Shown: positions 40,903 to 51,397, counted from the first letter of the stretch. The stretch is 64,000 nt of DNA from Acidobacteriota bacterium (GCA_965263035.1 OZ253580.1:1088001-1152000), one strand, 5' to 3'. The notes: a model not told the origin generated them from the letters alone. A program made the numbers and translations.

Positions 40903-41094
40903 AAAAGGGGCGGATAAGGGCGGATGAAGTCAAAAATCGGCCGCTGTAGCCTCTTTCCGAGTCGGAATTAGAGCAGCCCATCGATTCCTTCGGCTCCGGA
41001 GGCCAGGCTTCGAGGGTCTTCGGAGCCTTGGGCCATTGCCCCTGAGCATGGTTACGGGTGAAGGTCACTCAATGTCGAGTTCTCGGACAGCCTC

Positions 41095-41325
41095 CTAGCC
41101 AGTCTGGACCTCCATCTGGTGTCGATGGATGATGACCTGCATCTGGTCCTTCAAGGCCAGCTTCTTTTTTTTGATGACGCTCTCACGCATCTTCTCTTCC
41201 GGGTTCAGGTAGACCTTGCGAACGAGCTCCTCCAGTTGGCGTTCGTACCCCTGATGCTCCAAGGCGAGCCGCGAAAACTCCTTGTCCGTTTCCATCAGAT
41301 GATTCTTGAGAGCGGCTTCATCCAT
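41095..41325 (-). CDS. DUF465/YdcH-family small coiled-coil protein
   Basis: EF..L..EH..Y...L...KKKKL.LKD pattern; its TAG stop is the IS target duplication. Confidence 0.8.
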   Translation of the reverse strand: MDEAALKNHLMETDKEFSRLALEHQGYERQLEELVRKVYLNPEEKMRESVIKKKKLALKDQMQVIIHRHQMEVQTG

Positions 41326-41467
41326 CGCGCGCTTCCTCCCGGTTCTTGGACCACGGCACGTAATGCCTCGTGCCGACGCATGAATTTAGCAAACGGGCCC
41401 TCGACCTTCAAGGAGCGGACCGGGAACGGAAAAGTCGATTCGACGATAGCAATGGGCTCGCTTGATC

Positions 41468-42541
41468 TCAGCGCTCGACCGAGAGGCCCTGCCGGGCACG
41501 ATGGCGCTCCAGACCCAGATTGATGAGCTCTTCGATCAGGTCGGGATAGCTCAGGCCGGACGCCTGCCAGAGCTTGGGATACATGCTGATCTGGGTGAAT
41601 CCTGGAATGGTGTTGGCTTCGTTGACCCAGAGCCGGAGGCTGTTCTTGTCCAGCAGGAAGTCGACCCGGGCCATTCCCTCCACACCCAGCGTCCGATAGG
41701 TCTCCAGGGCCAAACGCCGCGCCTCATCCATCTGCTCTTCGGAAAGTGGGGCCGGGACCAGCAACTGACTGATCCCGTCCAGGTACTTGGCTGCGTAATC
41801 GTAGAATTCCCCGGAGGGAACGATCTCGCCCGCTATGGACGCCCGTGGATGTTCATTCCCCAAAACCGAGACTTCGATCTCGCGGGCATCGACTCCCTGT
41901 TCGGCCAGAACCAGCAGGTCATATCTCAAGGCTTCTTCCAGATGTTGCCGGAGCTCCCCGGAGTTGCTGCTCTTCCCGACTCCGATGGACGAACCCATAT
42001 TGGCCGGCTTGACGAATACGGGGTAAGGGAGCTCGTTCTCAATCCGCGCCAGAACCTGGTCCGGAGCCTCCCCCCATTCGGCCTTGGTTGTGCTCACGAA
42101 GGGCAGGACCGGTAGTCCGGCCTGGGCCAGGACCCGTTTGCAGCAGACCTTGTTCATGGCCAGCGAGGAGGCCAGCACGCCGGCTCCCACGTAGGGTAGA
42201 CTCAACATCTCCAACGCACCCTGCACCGTGCCGTCCTCGCCGAACGGTCCGTGCAGGACCGGGAACACCACGGGCAATGGGGGAGGCAGGCCGGCCAGAA
42301 CCGCGAGCCAGTGCTCGGTTCCGGTGGGAAACTCCCAGGGCCCATCCGCCGAGAGCCCCAACTTCCGGCGCAGAATCTGAGGATCGTAGCTTCCGCCCTG
42401 CCGGTCCATGCCGATGACCGAGACCCGGTATCGCCGCTGTTCCAGGTGGTTCAGAATCGATCGGGTCGAGACGAGGGAAACGTCATGTTCGGCAGAGCGT
42501 CCCCCGCAGAGGACCACCACATGAATCCTGCGGTCTGTCAT
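41468..42541 (-). CDS. ddl: D-alanine--D-alanine ligase
   Basis: GG.S.EH.VS, LHGP.GEDG.VQG, KP...GSS.G, FYDY.AKY, NE.NT.PG motifs. Confidence 0.95.
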   Translation of the reverse strand: MTDRRIHVVVLCGGRSAEHDVSLVSTRSILNHLEQRRYRVSVIGMDRQGGSYDPQILRRKLGLSADGPWEFPTGTEHWLAVLAGLPPPLPVVFPVLHGPFGEDGTVQGALEMLSLPYVGAGVLASSLAMNKVCCKRVLAQAGLPVLPFVSTTKAEWGEAPDQVLARIENELPYPVFVKPANMGSSIGVGKSSNSGELRQHLEEALRYDLLVLAEQGVDAREIEVSVLGNEHPRASIAGEIVPSGEFYDYAAKYLDGISQLLVPAPLSEEQMDEARRLALETYRTLGVEGMARVDFLLDKNSLRLWVNEANTIPGFTQISMYPKLWQASGLSYPDLIEELINLGLERHRARQGLSVER

Positions 42542-42621
42542 CGGCGCTGAAAGTCCGCACCCTGGAGGGTCACCGCTACAGTCGTACCGGAATACAACCG
42601 GCCGGGGACCTGCTGTCTTCT

Positions 42622-42642
42622 CTCACTCCTCACTCCTCACTC
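42622..42642. repeat. Heptamer tandem repeat (CTCACTC)x3 spanning the phoH stop
   Basis: Seen directly in the sequence. Confidence 0.6.
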
Positions 42643-43594
42643 CTCTCTTCCCTCCGGATCCCTTGGACTCGTAGGCTTTGATGATGCACTTGACGAGTCG
42701 ATGGCGGACCACGTCCCGGCGATCGAACTCGCAGATGGAGATCCCCTGCAAGCCCTTGAGCAGTCCACGTGCCTCCACCAAGCCCGACCTCTGACCCGGC
42801 GGAAGATCGATCTGAGTGATGTCCCCGGTGACGACTGCCCTGGAATTGAGGCCGATTCGAGTGAGAAACATCTTCATCTGCTCCGATGTACAGTTCTGGG
42901 CCTCGTCCAGAATGATGAAGGAATCGCCCAGGGTTCTCCCTCGCATGAAGGCCAGGGGAGCGATCTCGATGATCTCCCTGTCCATGAGTTTCCGCACCCT
43001 TTCCGCCCCGATCATGTGGATCAAGGCGTCCGAAAGGGGCCTCAAATAGGGATTGACCTTCTCCTGAAGATCTCCCGGCAGGAACCCGAGCCGTTCGCCC
43101 GCTTCCACTGCGGGACGGGACAACACGATCCTCTGGACCCTTTTGTCCAAAAGAAACGAGACCGCCGTCGCCACCGCGAGATAGGTCTTGCCCGTACCGG
43201 CCGGACCGATACCGAAGACCAGATCATTGTGGTAGATGGCTTGGACGTATCGGGACTGGTTCAGACTCCGTGGCGACACTTCCCGTATGGGAGTCTTAAG
43301 CACCAGAGCCTTGGGAAAGAAATCGTGGAGACTTTCGGCTGCCCCCTCGGCAATCTGCTGGAACGCTTCCCTCAACTCACCGTTGGAAAAAGAGCATCCA
43401 TTGGAGACCAGAGACGAGAAATCGGTGAGGATGTTTTCCAGGATCTGTTCGTGTTTCTCATCTCCCTGAATGAAGACCCGGGGGCCCCGGGCGCCGATCC
43501 GCACCTGAAACAGCGACTCCAGCAACCGCACGTTCTGATCCCGGAGGTCGAAGAGAATCTCAGCGCACTGGTCCGGGAGAAGAACCTTCTTCAA
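42623..43594 (-). CDS. phoH: PhoH-family ATPase
   Basis: GPAGTGKT, RPAVEAGE.LGFLPG, MRGRT, DEAQN, DVVRH motifs. Confidence 0.93.
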   Translation of the reverse strand: MKKVLLPDQCAEILFDLRDQNVRLLESLFQVRIGARGPRVFIQGDEKHEQILENILTDFSSLVSNGCSFSNGELREAFQQIAEGAAESLHDFFPKALVLKTPIREVSPRSLNQSRYVQAIYHNDLVFGIGPAGTGKTYLAVATAVSFLLDKRVQRIVLSRPAVEAGERLGFLPGDLQEKVNPYLRPLSDALIHMIGAERVRKLMDREIIEIAPLAFMRGRTLGDSFIILDEAQNCTSEQMKMFLTRIGLNSRAVVTGDITQIDLPPGQRSGLVEARGLLKGLQGISICEFDRRDVVRHRLVKCIIKAYESKGSGGKRGVRSEE

Positions 43595-43658
43595 GAGTGG
43601 GGGTTTTGCAGCCGTGCAAATGGGGACATGTATGGGGTCGGGGTCCAGGCAACCACTG

Positions 43659-43937
43659 CTAGACCGAGGAAGCCGCCAGGATCCGATTCAAAGAATGGGT
43701 CAACCGGGACTTGTACCGTGCGGCCGTCCGGCGATGGATGACACCCTTCTGGGCAGTGTGGTCAATGACGGTGTAGACCTTGGAAAGATGACTCTGGGCG
43801 TCTGCGGACCGTTGCTCCTCCAACATGCGGCGGAAGCGCTTGATTTCGGTCCTCATCCGGCTCAGATAGTGGCGATTGCGCACCCTGCGCCCTCGGCTCT
43901 GACGCATTCGCTTGTCCGCCGACTTGATGTTAGGCAT
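43659..43937 (-). CDS. rpsT: 30S ribosomal protein S20
   Basis: MPNIKSA.KR.RQ...N....S.MRT.IK...ID....KGVIH...AAR.KSRL pattern. Confidence 0.95.
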   Translation of the reverse strand: MPNIKSADKRMRQSRGRRVRNRHYLSRMRTEIKRFRRMLEEQRSADAQSHLSKVYTVIDHTAQKGVIHRRTAARYKSRLTHSLNRILAASSV

Positions 43938-43962
43938 ATGGACTCCCCTGAAACAGCGCGCA

Positions 43963-44910
43963 TTATAGTTGTCCCTGGCGGCAGGTGTCAATGAGCAGGC
44001 GCTCCAGGTGAAACCGGGGTTCGGAGACGCCGCTCTTGCAGGCCCGGTCCGTCTCTCGAATCCGGATCAGGACTCTCTCGATCCATTCCGGTGGATAGCG
44101 GCGCACCTCCCCCTCCTGGCCACGATAGCTCCAGATCTTGAGCTTGCGGAGAACCTCCCGAAAGGATCGTCCCTGGTCCAGCATCTCCCGGGCCACCAAC
44201 AACCGTCTGAAGGTCCAGTAGAGCATGGCCAGGATCTGGGAGAAGTTGATGCCCTTCTCGACGAGCCGGTTCAGAATCAGAAGCGCCGTCGAGGACTGCC
44301 CTTCGGCCATGGCGCCGATGAGATTGAACACGTCGTATTCCCGACTCTCCAGGGTCATTTCCGCCACCGACTCCGCAGTGATTTTCCGGCTTTCCCAACG
44401 GGCCAGAAACTGTTTCTCCAATTCCATTCTGAGGCGCCCCAGGTCGTCCCCCACCAACTCGACCAGGGCGCGGGCGGCCGCCGGTTCCAGAACGTAGCCC
44501 TCCTGCTTGGACCAGGCCCGCAGCCATCGGGCCGGCTCCACCCTCTTGTCGAATTCGACCAAGGGTAGACGGGACCAGGCCCTGGGACGTTTCTTCGTTT
44601 CCAGAACCAGGACGGTCCGGGGCGCCGGGCGCGCCAGATACGCCTTCAGACCGGAGCCGGAGCCGGCGTGATCCCGAACGTACACCCATCGCCTTTTGGA
44701 AACCCATGGAAGCGTGCGAGCGGCGTGGACCAGCACCCCGACAGAGTCCTTCTCCAGATCGAAAACGGACCAATCGAAATCTCGGGCCGACTCCTCGACC
44801 TGTTCCCGGCAGAGGTCGTAAACGCGTTTGAGAAAGAGTTCCTGTTTCGAAACCACGACGTAAACGGGATGAGGCTGCGCCAGGGACTTCTGGAACTCAG
44901 AGAACCGCAT
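43963..44910 (-). CDS. holA: DNA polymerase III delta subunit
   Basis: Conserved leuS-lptE-holA-rpsT order; TLPW...R, ELEK, VF.L, D..CKSG motifs. Confidence 0.85.
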   Translation of the reverse strand: MRFSEFQKSLAQPHPVYVVVSKQELFLKRVYDLCREQVEESARDFDWSVFDLEKDSVGVLVHAARTLPWVSKRRWVYVRDHAGSGSGLKAYLARPAPRTVLVLETKKRPRAWSRLPLVEFDKRVEPARWLRAWSKQEGYVLEPAAARALVELVGDDLGRLRMELEKQFLARWESRKITAESVAEMTLESREYDVFNLIGAMAEGQSSTALLILNRLVEKGINFSQILAMLYWTFRRLLVAREMLDQGRSFREVLRKLKIWSYRGQEGEVRRYPPEWIERVLIRIRETDRACKSGVSEPRFHLERLLIDTCRQGQL

Positions 44911-44946
44911 GGTCCAGGAGGCGAATTGCCCGAAAGCGGGAGGTCA

Positions 44947-45477
44947 TCAGAACCCCTCCAGCAGAGTCGTGACCACACTGGAGGAGAAATCCCGGGCCAC
45001 CCGCTCCAGGGCCGGGCTCAGTTCTGAGAAGAAGTTGCGGACGTCGACGTTGATGACGTACTGCTCCCGAAAGAGGTACTGGTCGTTTTGATAGAGAATT
45101 CGTCCGTCCCTCCGGTCCTGGAGCTGGACGCGGGCCTGGAGCGTGACCAGGAAGGTGGAGCCGAAGGCCTTCTGCCGGAATATGACGGGGTTGGCGGTGG
45201 TGGAGAAGATGACTCCGCTGAAAACGGCGTCGGCCTGCGAAGGATCATGGACCAGACGGTACGAAGACCTCTCCACAAACGCGTGAATCAGCGATCGCGT
45301 GAAGATCTGCTCCACTTGAAACGTCGCGGTTTCATTCTCCAGGGGAAGAACAGCCAAAGTCTGGAGCTGGGGAGCCAGCCGATTCTTGGACGCCACCCGA
45401 TAACCGCATCCGGCGAGCAAGACCGGTACGAGACCCAGCCACAGGGAGAGCAGGCACAAGGGACGGGTCCGCTTCAT
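44947..45477 (-). CDS. lptE: LptE-family lipoprotein
   Basis: Lipobox LAGC-GY; lies between leuS and holA. Confidence 0.8.
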   Translation of the reverse strand: MKRTRPLCLLSLWLGLVPVLLAGCGYRVASKNRLAPQLQTLAVLPLENETATFQVEQIFTRSLIHAFVERSSYRLVHDPSQADAVFSGVIFSTTANPVIFRQKAFGSTFLVTLQARVQLQDRRDGRILYQNDQYLFREQYVINVDVRNFFSELSPALERVARDFSSSVVTTLLEGF

Positions 45478-47954
45478 CGCGCCACCACGTTCACGAGCCT
45501 CTTCGGGATCACGATCACCTTGATGACGTTTCGGCCCTCGATGTGCCCCCGGACCCGCTCATCGGAAAGGGCCAGTTCCTCCATCTTCTCCGACGCCACA
45601 TCGGCCGGAGCCTGGATCCGGGAACGGACCCTTCCGTTGACCTGCACCGCGAATTCCACCGTCTTCTCCCGAGCCAGATCGGGGTCGTGCTGGGGCCAGG
45701 AAGCTGACGCGATCCCGTGACGATGCCCCAGGATGCAATACATCTCCTCGGCGAAGTGGGGAGCGAAGGGGGCCAGAAGCAAGGCCATATTTTCCAGGGC
45801 CTCACGGAGCAGCTTCTGGTCAGGCTGCCCCCGGTCCACATATTCCTGCACCGAGTTCAGCAATTCCATGATGGCCGCGATGGCCGTGTTCTGGTGCAAT
45901 CGCTCCAGGTCCCGCGTCACCTTCCGGATGGTCTGGTGAAGTTTCCGCTGGAGGACGCGCGCCTGGGGAGACGTCTCTGCCGGAGTCTTTCCGGCGGTCG
46001 GCATGCCGTCGCCGGACCACTCGGTCCGAAATCGATGCAACAGCCTCCATAGCCGGTTCAGAAAACGCCAGCAGCCCTCCAGTCCCCGATCGTTCCAATC
46101 CAGGTCTCGGGCGGGTGGAGCGCAGAACTGGATGAAGAGCCGGAGGGTGTCGGCGCCGTACTTCCGGACGATCTCGTCCGGTTCGACCACGTTCCCCAGG
46201 GACTTGCTCATCTTGGCACCGTCCTTGATGACCATGCCCTGCGTGAAGAGTGTGCGCACCGGTTCATCCAGCTCGACCATGCCCAGATCCCGCATGACCT
46301 TGGTGAAGAAGCGCATGTAGATCAGATGGAGGATGGCGTGCTCCACTCCGCCGATGTAGATGTCCACGGGGAACCAGTAGCGCACTGCTTCCCGGCGAAT
46401 CGGTCCATCCGAATTGCGGGCGTCGGTATAGCGGTAGAAATACCAGGAGCTGTCCACGAAGGTGTCCATGGTATCGGTCTCCCGCCGGGCCGGGCCCCCG
46501 CAGGACGGGCAGGCCGTTTGGACGAACCCGGGGACCTGCGCCAGCGGGGAGCGACCCAACTCAATGCCTTCCATTCGGGGCAGAATCACCGGCAGTTGAT
46601 CCTCCGGGACCGGAACCGTCCCGCATCGGGAGCAGTAGACGATGGGGATGGGTGTCCCCCAGTAACGCTGGCGGCTCACCCCCCAGTCTCGGAGCCGGTA
46701 GGAGACGGTGGCCTCCCCGAAGCCTTGATCGCTCGCGTGCTCGGCCATCTTCCGCTTGGCTTCACCGGAGGTGAGTCCGGAGAAGGGACCGCTGTCGACC
46801 AGTCTGCCCGGGTCCACGAAGGCCTGGTCCGTGTGGACCGGCGGGAGTCCTTCACTCGGTTCGATCACGGTCCGTACCGGCAGCCCGTACTTGCGGGCGA
46901 ACTCCATGTCTCGCTGGTCATGGGCCGGGACGGCCATGATTGCGCCGGTCCCGTATTCCATCAGGACGAAATCAGCCACCCATATGGGAATCATTTCCCC
47001 GCCGAACGGATTCCAGGCGTAGCGTCCGGTGAAGGCTCCCAGCTTCTCGGCATCCTCTGCGGTGCGCAGGTTCTGGTCCTGGCGGCGCACCTGCTCCAAC
47101 AGCGCTTTCAGCCTTCTACCGTCGCTATCGTCTCCCAACCAGGCCTTCACCCTGGGATGTTCGGGAGCCAACACCATGAAGGTCGCTCCGTAAATGGTGT
47201 CCAACCGGGTGGTGAAGATGTCGATCCCCTCTCCGAAAGGGCCTCCCAGCCGGAAACGGACTCGCGCCCCCACCGACTTGCCGATCCAGTTGCGCTGCAT
47301 GGTGATCACTCGTTCGGGCCAGTCCTCGAGCTGGTCCAGATCCTGGAGCAACTGCTCGGCGTAATCGGTGATCCGAAAGTTCCACTGCTCCAGTTCCTTC
47401 TGGACCACGGGACTGTCGTCGCGCCAGCAGAGCCCGTTGACCACCTGCTCGTTGGCCAGGACCGTCTGACACTTCTCGCACCAGTTGACGGACCCCCGGC
47501 TCCTGTAGGCCAGACCCCGGTTGTACATCTGGAGAAAGAACCATTGGTTCCAGCGGTAGTACTCCGGGGTGCAGGTGGCCAGCTCCCGGTGCCAGTCGTA
47601 GGACCAACCCATGCGCAGGCACTGCTGCTTCATCCGCTCTATGTTTTTCAGCGTCCATCGCTCCGGCGGAACCTGGTGGCGAATGGCGGCATTCTCGGCC
47701 GGAAGTCCGAAGGCGTCCCAGCCGATGGGGTGCAAAACGTTGAAGCCCTGCATGGACCGGAACCGGGCTACGGAATCGCCCAAAGAGTAAACGCGAACGT
47801 GGCCCATATGAAGCGCCCCCGAGGGGTACGGAAGCATCTCCAGAACGTAGTATTTGGGCCTGTCCCGGTTCTCAGCGACGACGAATTCGCGGTTCTCCTC
47901 CCAGCGTTTCTGCCACTTGGACTCGATCGTCTGGAAGTCGTATTGCTCCTGCAT
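45474..47954 (-). CDS. leuS: Leucine--tRNA ligase
   Basis: [25 protein letters not shown] motifs. Confidence 0.97.
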   Translation of the reverse strand: MQEQYDFQTIESKWQKRWEENREFVVAENRDRPKYYVLEMLPYPSGALHMGHVRVYSLGDSVARFRSMQGFNVLHPIGWDAFGLPAENAAIRHQVPPERWTLKNIERMKQQCLRMGWSYDWHRELATCTPEYYRWNQWFFLQMYNRGLAYRSRGSVNWCEKCQTVLANEQVVNGLCWRDDSPVVQKELEQWNFRITDYAEQLLQDLDQLEDWPERVITMQRNWIGKSVGARVRFRLGGPFGEGIDIFTTRLDTIYGATFMVLAPEHPRVKAWLGDDSDGRRLKALLEQVRRQDQNLRTAEDAEKLGAFTGRYAWNPFGGEMIPIWVADFVLMEYGTGAIMAVPAHDQRDMEFARKYGLPVRTVIEPSEGLPPVHTDQAFVDPGRLVDSGPFSGLTSGEAKRKMAEHASDQGFGEATVSYRLRDWGVSRQRYWGTPIPIVYCSRCGTVPVPEDQLPVILPRMEGIELGRSPLAQVPGFVQTACPSCGGPARRETDTMDTFVDSSWYFYRYTDARNSDGPIRREAVRYWFPVDIYIGGVEHAILHLIYMRFFTKVMRDLGMVELDEPVRTLFTQGMVIKDGAKMSKSLGNVVEPDEIVRKYGADTLRLFIQFCAPPARDLDWNDRGLEGCWRFLNRLWRLLHRFRTEWSGDGMPTAGKTPAETSPQARVLQRKLHQTIRKVTRDLERLHQNTAIAAIMELLNSVQEYVDRGQPDQKLLREALENMALLLAPFAPHFAEEMYCILGHRHGIASASWPQHDPDLAREKTVEFAVQVNGRVRSRIQAPADVASEKMEELALSDERVRGHIEGRNVIKVIVIPKRLVNVVAR

Positions 47955-47966
47955 TGCGAACCGACT

Positions 47967-48539
47967 CTATGCCAGGTCCCGGCCGGCCTGCAGCCGGGAC
48001 AGAGTGATTTCCTGCTGTGCCTGGTACTTGCCTTTCCGGTCGGAATAAGAGACTCGACAGACGTCACGAGCCCGAAGAAACAGGAGCTGGGCAATACCCT
48101 CGCCCGAGTAGATCTTCACCGGGACGGGACCGTTGTTGATCACCGACATGGTCAGGCGCCCTTCCCATTCCGGTTCCAGGGGGGTGACGTTGACGGAAAC
48201 GCCGCACCTGGCGTAAGTGGATTTGCCGACGCAAATGCCCAGGACGTCCCTGGGAATACGAAAGTATTCGTAGGACCGGCAGAGGACAAAGCTCCGGGCG
48301 GGAATCAGACAGGAATCGCCCTCGTAGTCCCGATAGCAGTCCTCCGACGCCTGCTTGGGATCCAGAATCGGATCCACACCCTTTTGCAATAGCTTGTACC
48401 GTCGATCCACCCGAAAGTCATAGCCGTAGGAAGAGACTCCGTACGAGATGGTCCCCTCCCCGACCAGGCTCTCCGCGAATGGTTCGATCATCCCATCCCG
48501 CGCTTGGCGGGCAATCCAGTGGTCCGGCCGTATACTCAT
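47967..48539 (-). CDS. dcd: dCTP deaminase
   Basis: SYG.SSYGYD, GKSTYARCG, TPLEPEWEG, GKYQ.Q motifs. Confidence 0.95.
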   Translation of the reverse strand: MSIRPDHWIARQARDGMIEPFAESLVGEGTISYGVSSYGYDFRVDRRYKLLQKGVDPILDPKQASEDCYRDYEGDSCLIPARSFVLCRSYEYFRIPRDVLGICVGKSTYARCGVSVNVTPLEPEWEGRLTMSVINNGPVPVKIYSGEGIAQLLFLRARDVCRVSYSDRKGKYQAQQEITLSRLQAGRDLA

Positions 48540-48720
48540 GGATTTCACTCAGCGAATCGCGAAAGTCTACCAGTCTCTCACCCGGATTTCCCCTCCCGGA
48601 TAAGCCCACTCCTGGCTCCAGGTCGACTCTTCCTGGGCGGAGCCTAAGCCGAACCTTGACATCCGGAACCTATGCCCAGTATAAGTCAACGGCTAACGAC
48701 TCAGGGAGCATTTCCAAGCC

Positions 48721-48987
48721 GTGATCAAGCGAGATATTGTGTCACGCGTTTCCAAGAAGATGGGAATGACCAAGGTGAGGTCCGAAGAGGCCGTCGACAC
48801 CGTCCTGGAGGTGTTGAAGCGCGCCCTGAAGCATGGCGAGCGCATTGAGTTGCGGGGCTTCGGAGTCTTTCTGGTCAAGCCACGGAAAAGTGGCATCGGA
48901 CGCAACCCCAGGACGGGAGCCGTGGTCCCCATTCCTCCCGGCAAGACCGTTCGCTTCAAACCCGGGAAAGAAATCCGCTCCGGCTGA
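48721..48987 (+). CDS. HU/IHF-family DNA-binding protein
   Basis: IELRGFG.F, GRNPRTG, V.FKPGK motifs. Confidence 0.93.
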   Translation: MIKRDIVSRVSKKMGMTKVRSEEAVDTVLEVLKRALKHGERIELRGFGVFLVKPRKSGIGRNPRTGAVVPIPPGKTVRFKPGKEIRSG

Positions 48988-49017
48988 CACCCCAGCCCCC
49001 GGACGAGTTCAACGTCA

Positions 49018-49953
49018 GTGACGGAACGTTCTCCCCAAGACGAGAACCTGCCGGCGCCGGAAACGGAGAAACCACGTTTCCGGCTGGCCCTTCTGTTGCT
49101 GCTCGTCACCTTCGCCACAACCCTGTGGGCCGGGTCGCTCTGGCACGCCAGCTTTATCATGAGCAGCGGTCATTCCTCACCCGACACGGCGGGTTACGTC
49201 GGGTGGCCCGACCTCCTTCTCGGACTCCCTTATTCGATCACCGTCCTGGCGATTCTCCTGGCTCACGAAATGGGTCACTATCTCGCCTGCCGCTACTATG
49301 GAATCCGTGCGACTCTTCCGTACGCGATTCCGGCTCCATTCCCCTTTCCCTTCGGCACCATGGGGGCCGTGATCCGGATCAAGTCCCCGTTCCGGGACCG
49401 GCGCCAACTGTTCGACGTGGGGATCGCAGGTCCTCTGGCCGGGTTCGTACTCATCGTTCCGGCGCTCATCATCGGGCTCGGCTATTCCACCGACTTCACT
49501 CCACCCAGTCTCGGCGGAACAACCTACGAGTTCGGGGAACCCCTGCTCTTCCGTCTGGCCGCAGAGCTCTTCGTTCCGGCCGGAGAGGACTGGAACATCA
49601 ACCTGCACCCCGTCGGCTGGGCGGCCTGGTTCGGGATGCTGGCCACGGGCATGAATCTCCTGCCCATCGGCCAACTCGACGGAGGCCACGTCGTCTACGC
49701 CCTGCTGGGACGCCGGGGACACCGAACCGTCTCCTACGCCGCCCTGGGTGGACTGGTCGCCTTGGGAATCTGGTGTTTTTTCGGATACCTGTGCTTCGCG
49801 GTGATCCTGGTCTTCATGGGCCTGAGACACCCGCCACCCAGCGTCCCGACCGGACCGCTGGATCGGCGGCGCATCCTGGCCGCCGTCGCCGGGCTGCTGC
49901 TGTTGATCCTCACTTTCACTCCGGCGCCGGTAAGGATCATCGACGCACCTTAA
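49018..49953 (+). CDS. Site-2 protease (M50) family
   Basis: HEMGH, AGPLAG, NLLP.GQLDGGH motifs. Confidence 0.92.
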   Translation: MTERSPQDENLPAPETEKPRFRLALLLLLVTFATTLWAGSLWHASFIMSSGHSSPDTAGYVGWPDLLLGLPYSITVLAILLAHEMGHYLACRYYGIRATLPYAIPAPFPFPFGTMGAVIRIKSPFRDRRQLFDVGIAGPLAGFVLIVPALIIGLGYSTDFTPPSLGGTTYEFGEPLLFRLAAELFVPAGEDWNINLHPVGWAAWFGMLATGMNLLPIGQLDGGHVVYALLGRRGHRTVSYAALGGLVALGIWCFFGYLCFAVILVFMGLRHPPPSVPTGPLDRRRILAAVAGLLLLILTFTPAPVRIIDAP

Positions 49954-50113
49954 CAGTCCGTGGTGAAAGTCCCGCGAGCACCGAGACCGGTCCTGCGCCC
50001 GCCGGACAAGGCGCAACGGAGGGAGCATACCGGGAGTATGTGAGCCGATAGCAACGCAGTCCGCGCACGATGCAGGGACGGTCGAATGCCGTGACGACTT
50101 TTGCCACGGGCTG
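49954..50113 (+). mobile_element. MITE family A, copy 2
   Basis: Near-identical to 17233-17392; TTAA on both flanks. Confidence 0.9.
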
Positions 50114-50142
50114 TTAATAGCGGTCCCGGAACGCTGCAGCGG

Positions 50143-50922
50143 TCAGGAGCGGAAGGTCTCGGTGAATTCCTTCCAGATCCGGGAATATCCCTGCTGCAGA
50201 ATGATGATGGCCGCCCCACAGACGAAGAACCGGGCTCCCTTCTCGTAGTAGGGCTTGGCCGCCTCCGGACTCGCCACTGGAATGCCCCACCACTTGCCGT
50301 GACGGCGGCAGGCCTCGGCGACCCGGTCAACGGCCTGAACGATGAGGGGATGTCCCCCTTGGGTGGGGACGCCATAGCTCTGGGTCAGATCGGCGGGCCC
50401 CACCATGATCCCGTCGAGCCCCTCGACCGCCAGGATCTCATCGATGGCCTCGACTCCTTCCCGGTCTTCGATCTGGATCGAAACCAGGGTCTCCTCGTTG
50501 GCGGAAGCCATGTACTCGGGCATGGCCTCCATGCCGTAGTTGGAGGCAACCTCCACGCCATCCATGCCCCGCTGTCCCACGGGATGAAAGCGGCTGTTGC
50601 GAACCACGTCGCGCGCCTCCGCCGCCGAGCAGACGTGGGGAACCATGATGCCGTTCGCCCCCGCCTCTAGACAGCGGAAATAACTCCAATAGGGTCCCTT
50701 TCTCATTCGGACCAAGGGGTCCATCCCGGAGGCTCGGCAGGCCAGCCCCATGGCAAAGAGCTGGTCGTAGTCGTAGTCCTGATGCTCCATGTCTATCCAA
50801 ACGCCGTCGAATCCGATGAGACCGATCATCTCGATGAGCTTGGGCGAGGGATAGGGCGTGGGACAGGCCAGCATCACCGGCTCACCCTTCCGGAGTCTGT
50901 GCAAGATCTTGTTCCTTCTCAT
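50143..50922 (-). CDS. HpcH/HpaI aldolase family protein
   Basis: WIDMEH, GIMVPH, P.G.RG, QIED, VGPADL motifs; GAGG RBS. Confidence 0.9.
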   Translation of the reverse strand: MRRNKILHRLRKGEPVMLACPTPYPSPKLIEMIGLIGFDGVWIDMEHQDYDYDQLFAMGLACRASGMDPLVRMRKGPYWSYFRCLEAGANGIMVPHVCSAAEARDVVRNSRFHPVGQRGMDGVEVASNYGMEAMPEYMASANEETLVSIQIEDREGVEAIDEILAVEGLDGIMVGPADLTQSYGVPTQGGHPLIVQAVDRVAEACRRHGKWWGIPVASPEAAKPYYEKGARFFVCGAAIIILQQGYSRIWKEFTETFRS

Positions 50923-50980
50923 GACCTCCTCTTGTTCTTCCCGGCTCGTGACGGCGCCGTTCCCGGCAATGAACACCTAG

Positions 50981-51139
50981 GAGCCTGCGCCGCAGAAATT
51001 GATCTACTGCGAAAGCGGTAGAATCGGTCCATATTTCCTCGATTTCTCGGCGAATAGAACAACTATGCACCTCCAAATCGAGAAACTCTGGCCTCGATTC
51101 CCCACTTTCTCGCTACGATCATTTCTACCGCGCAGACTC
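50981..51139 (-). mobile_element. MITE family B, copy 3
   Basis: Near-identical reverse copy with CTAG on both flanks. Confidence 0.9.
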
Positions 51140-51212
51140 CTAGCCAATGTCGGCGGACCCTCGTAAGGTATCCTTTTGGCCGAATCGACTGCAAATTGCG
51201 AGTCGACGCTAG

Positions 51213-51372
51213 CAGTCCGTGGTGAAAGTCCCGCGGGCACCGAGACCGGTCCTGCGCCCGCCGGACAAGGCGCAACGGAGGGAGCATACCGGGAGTATGT
51301 GAGCCGATAGCAACGCAGTCCGCGCACGATGCAGGGACGGTCGAATGCCGTGACGACTTTTGCCACGGGCTG
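51213..51372 (+). mobile_element. MITE family A, copy 3
   Basis: Near-identical copy; flanks CTAG / CTAT. Confidence 0.9.
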
Positions 51373-51397
51373 CTATAACCCCTGACGAGGAGAAAAC

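Larger units (their letters stand above)
37838..41094 (+). mobile_element. IS1182-family element (1783 bp once the nested IS110 is removed)
   Basis: Perfect 15-bp TIR GAGGCTGTCCGAGAA / TTCTCGGACAGCCTC; CTAG duplication at 37834-37 and 41095-98. Confidence 0.92.

Noticed and set aside
49954-51372. Clustered repeats as a possible CRISPR array
   Set aside because: The units are ~160-bp TIR elements without repeat-spacer periodicity, and no cas genes are present.
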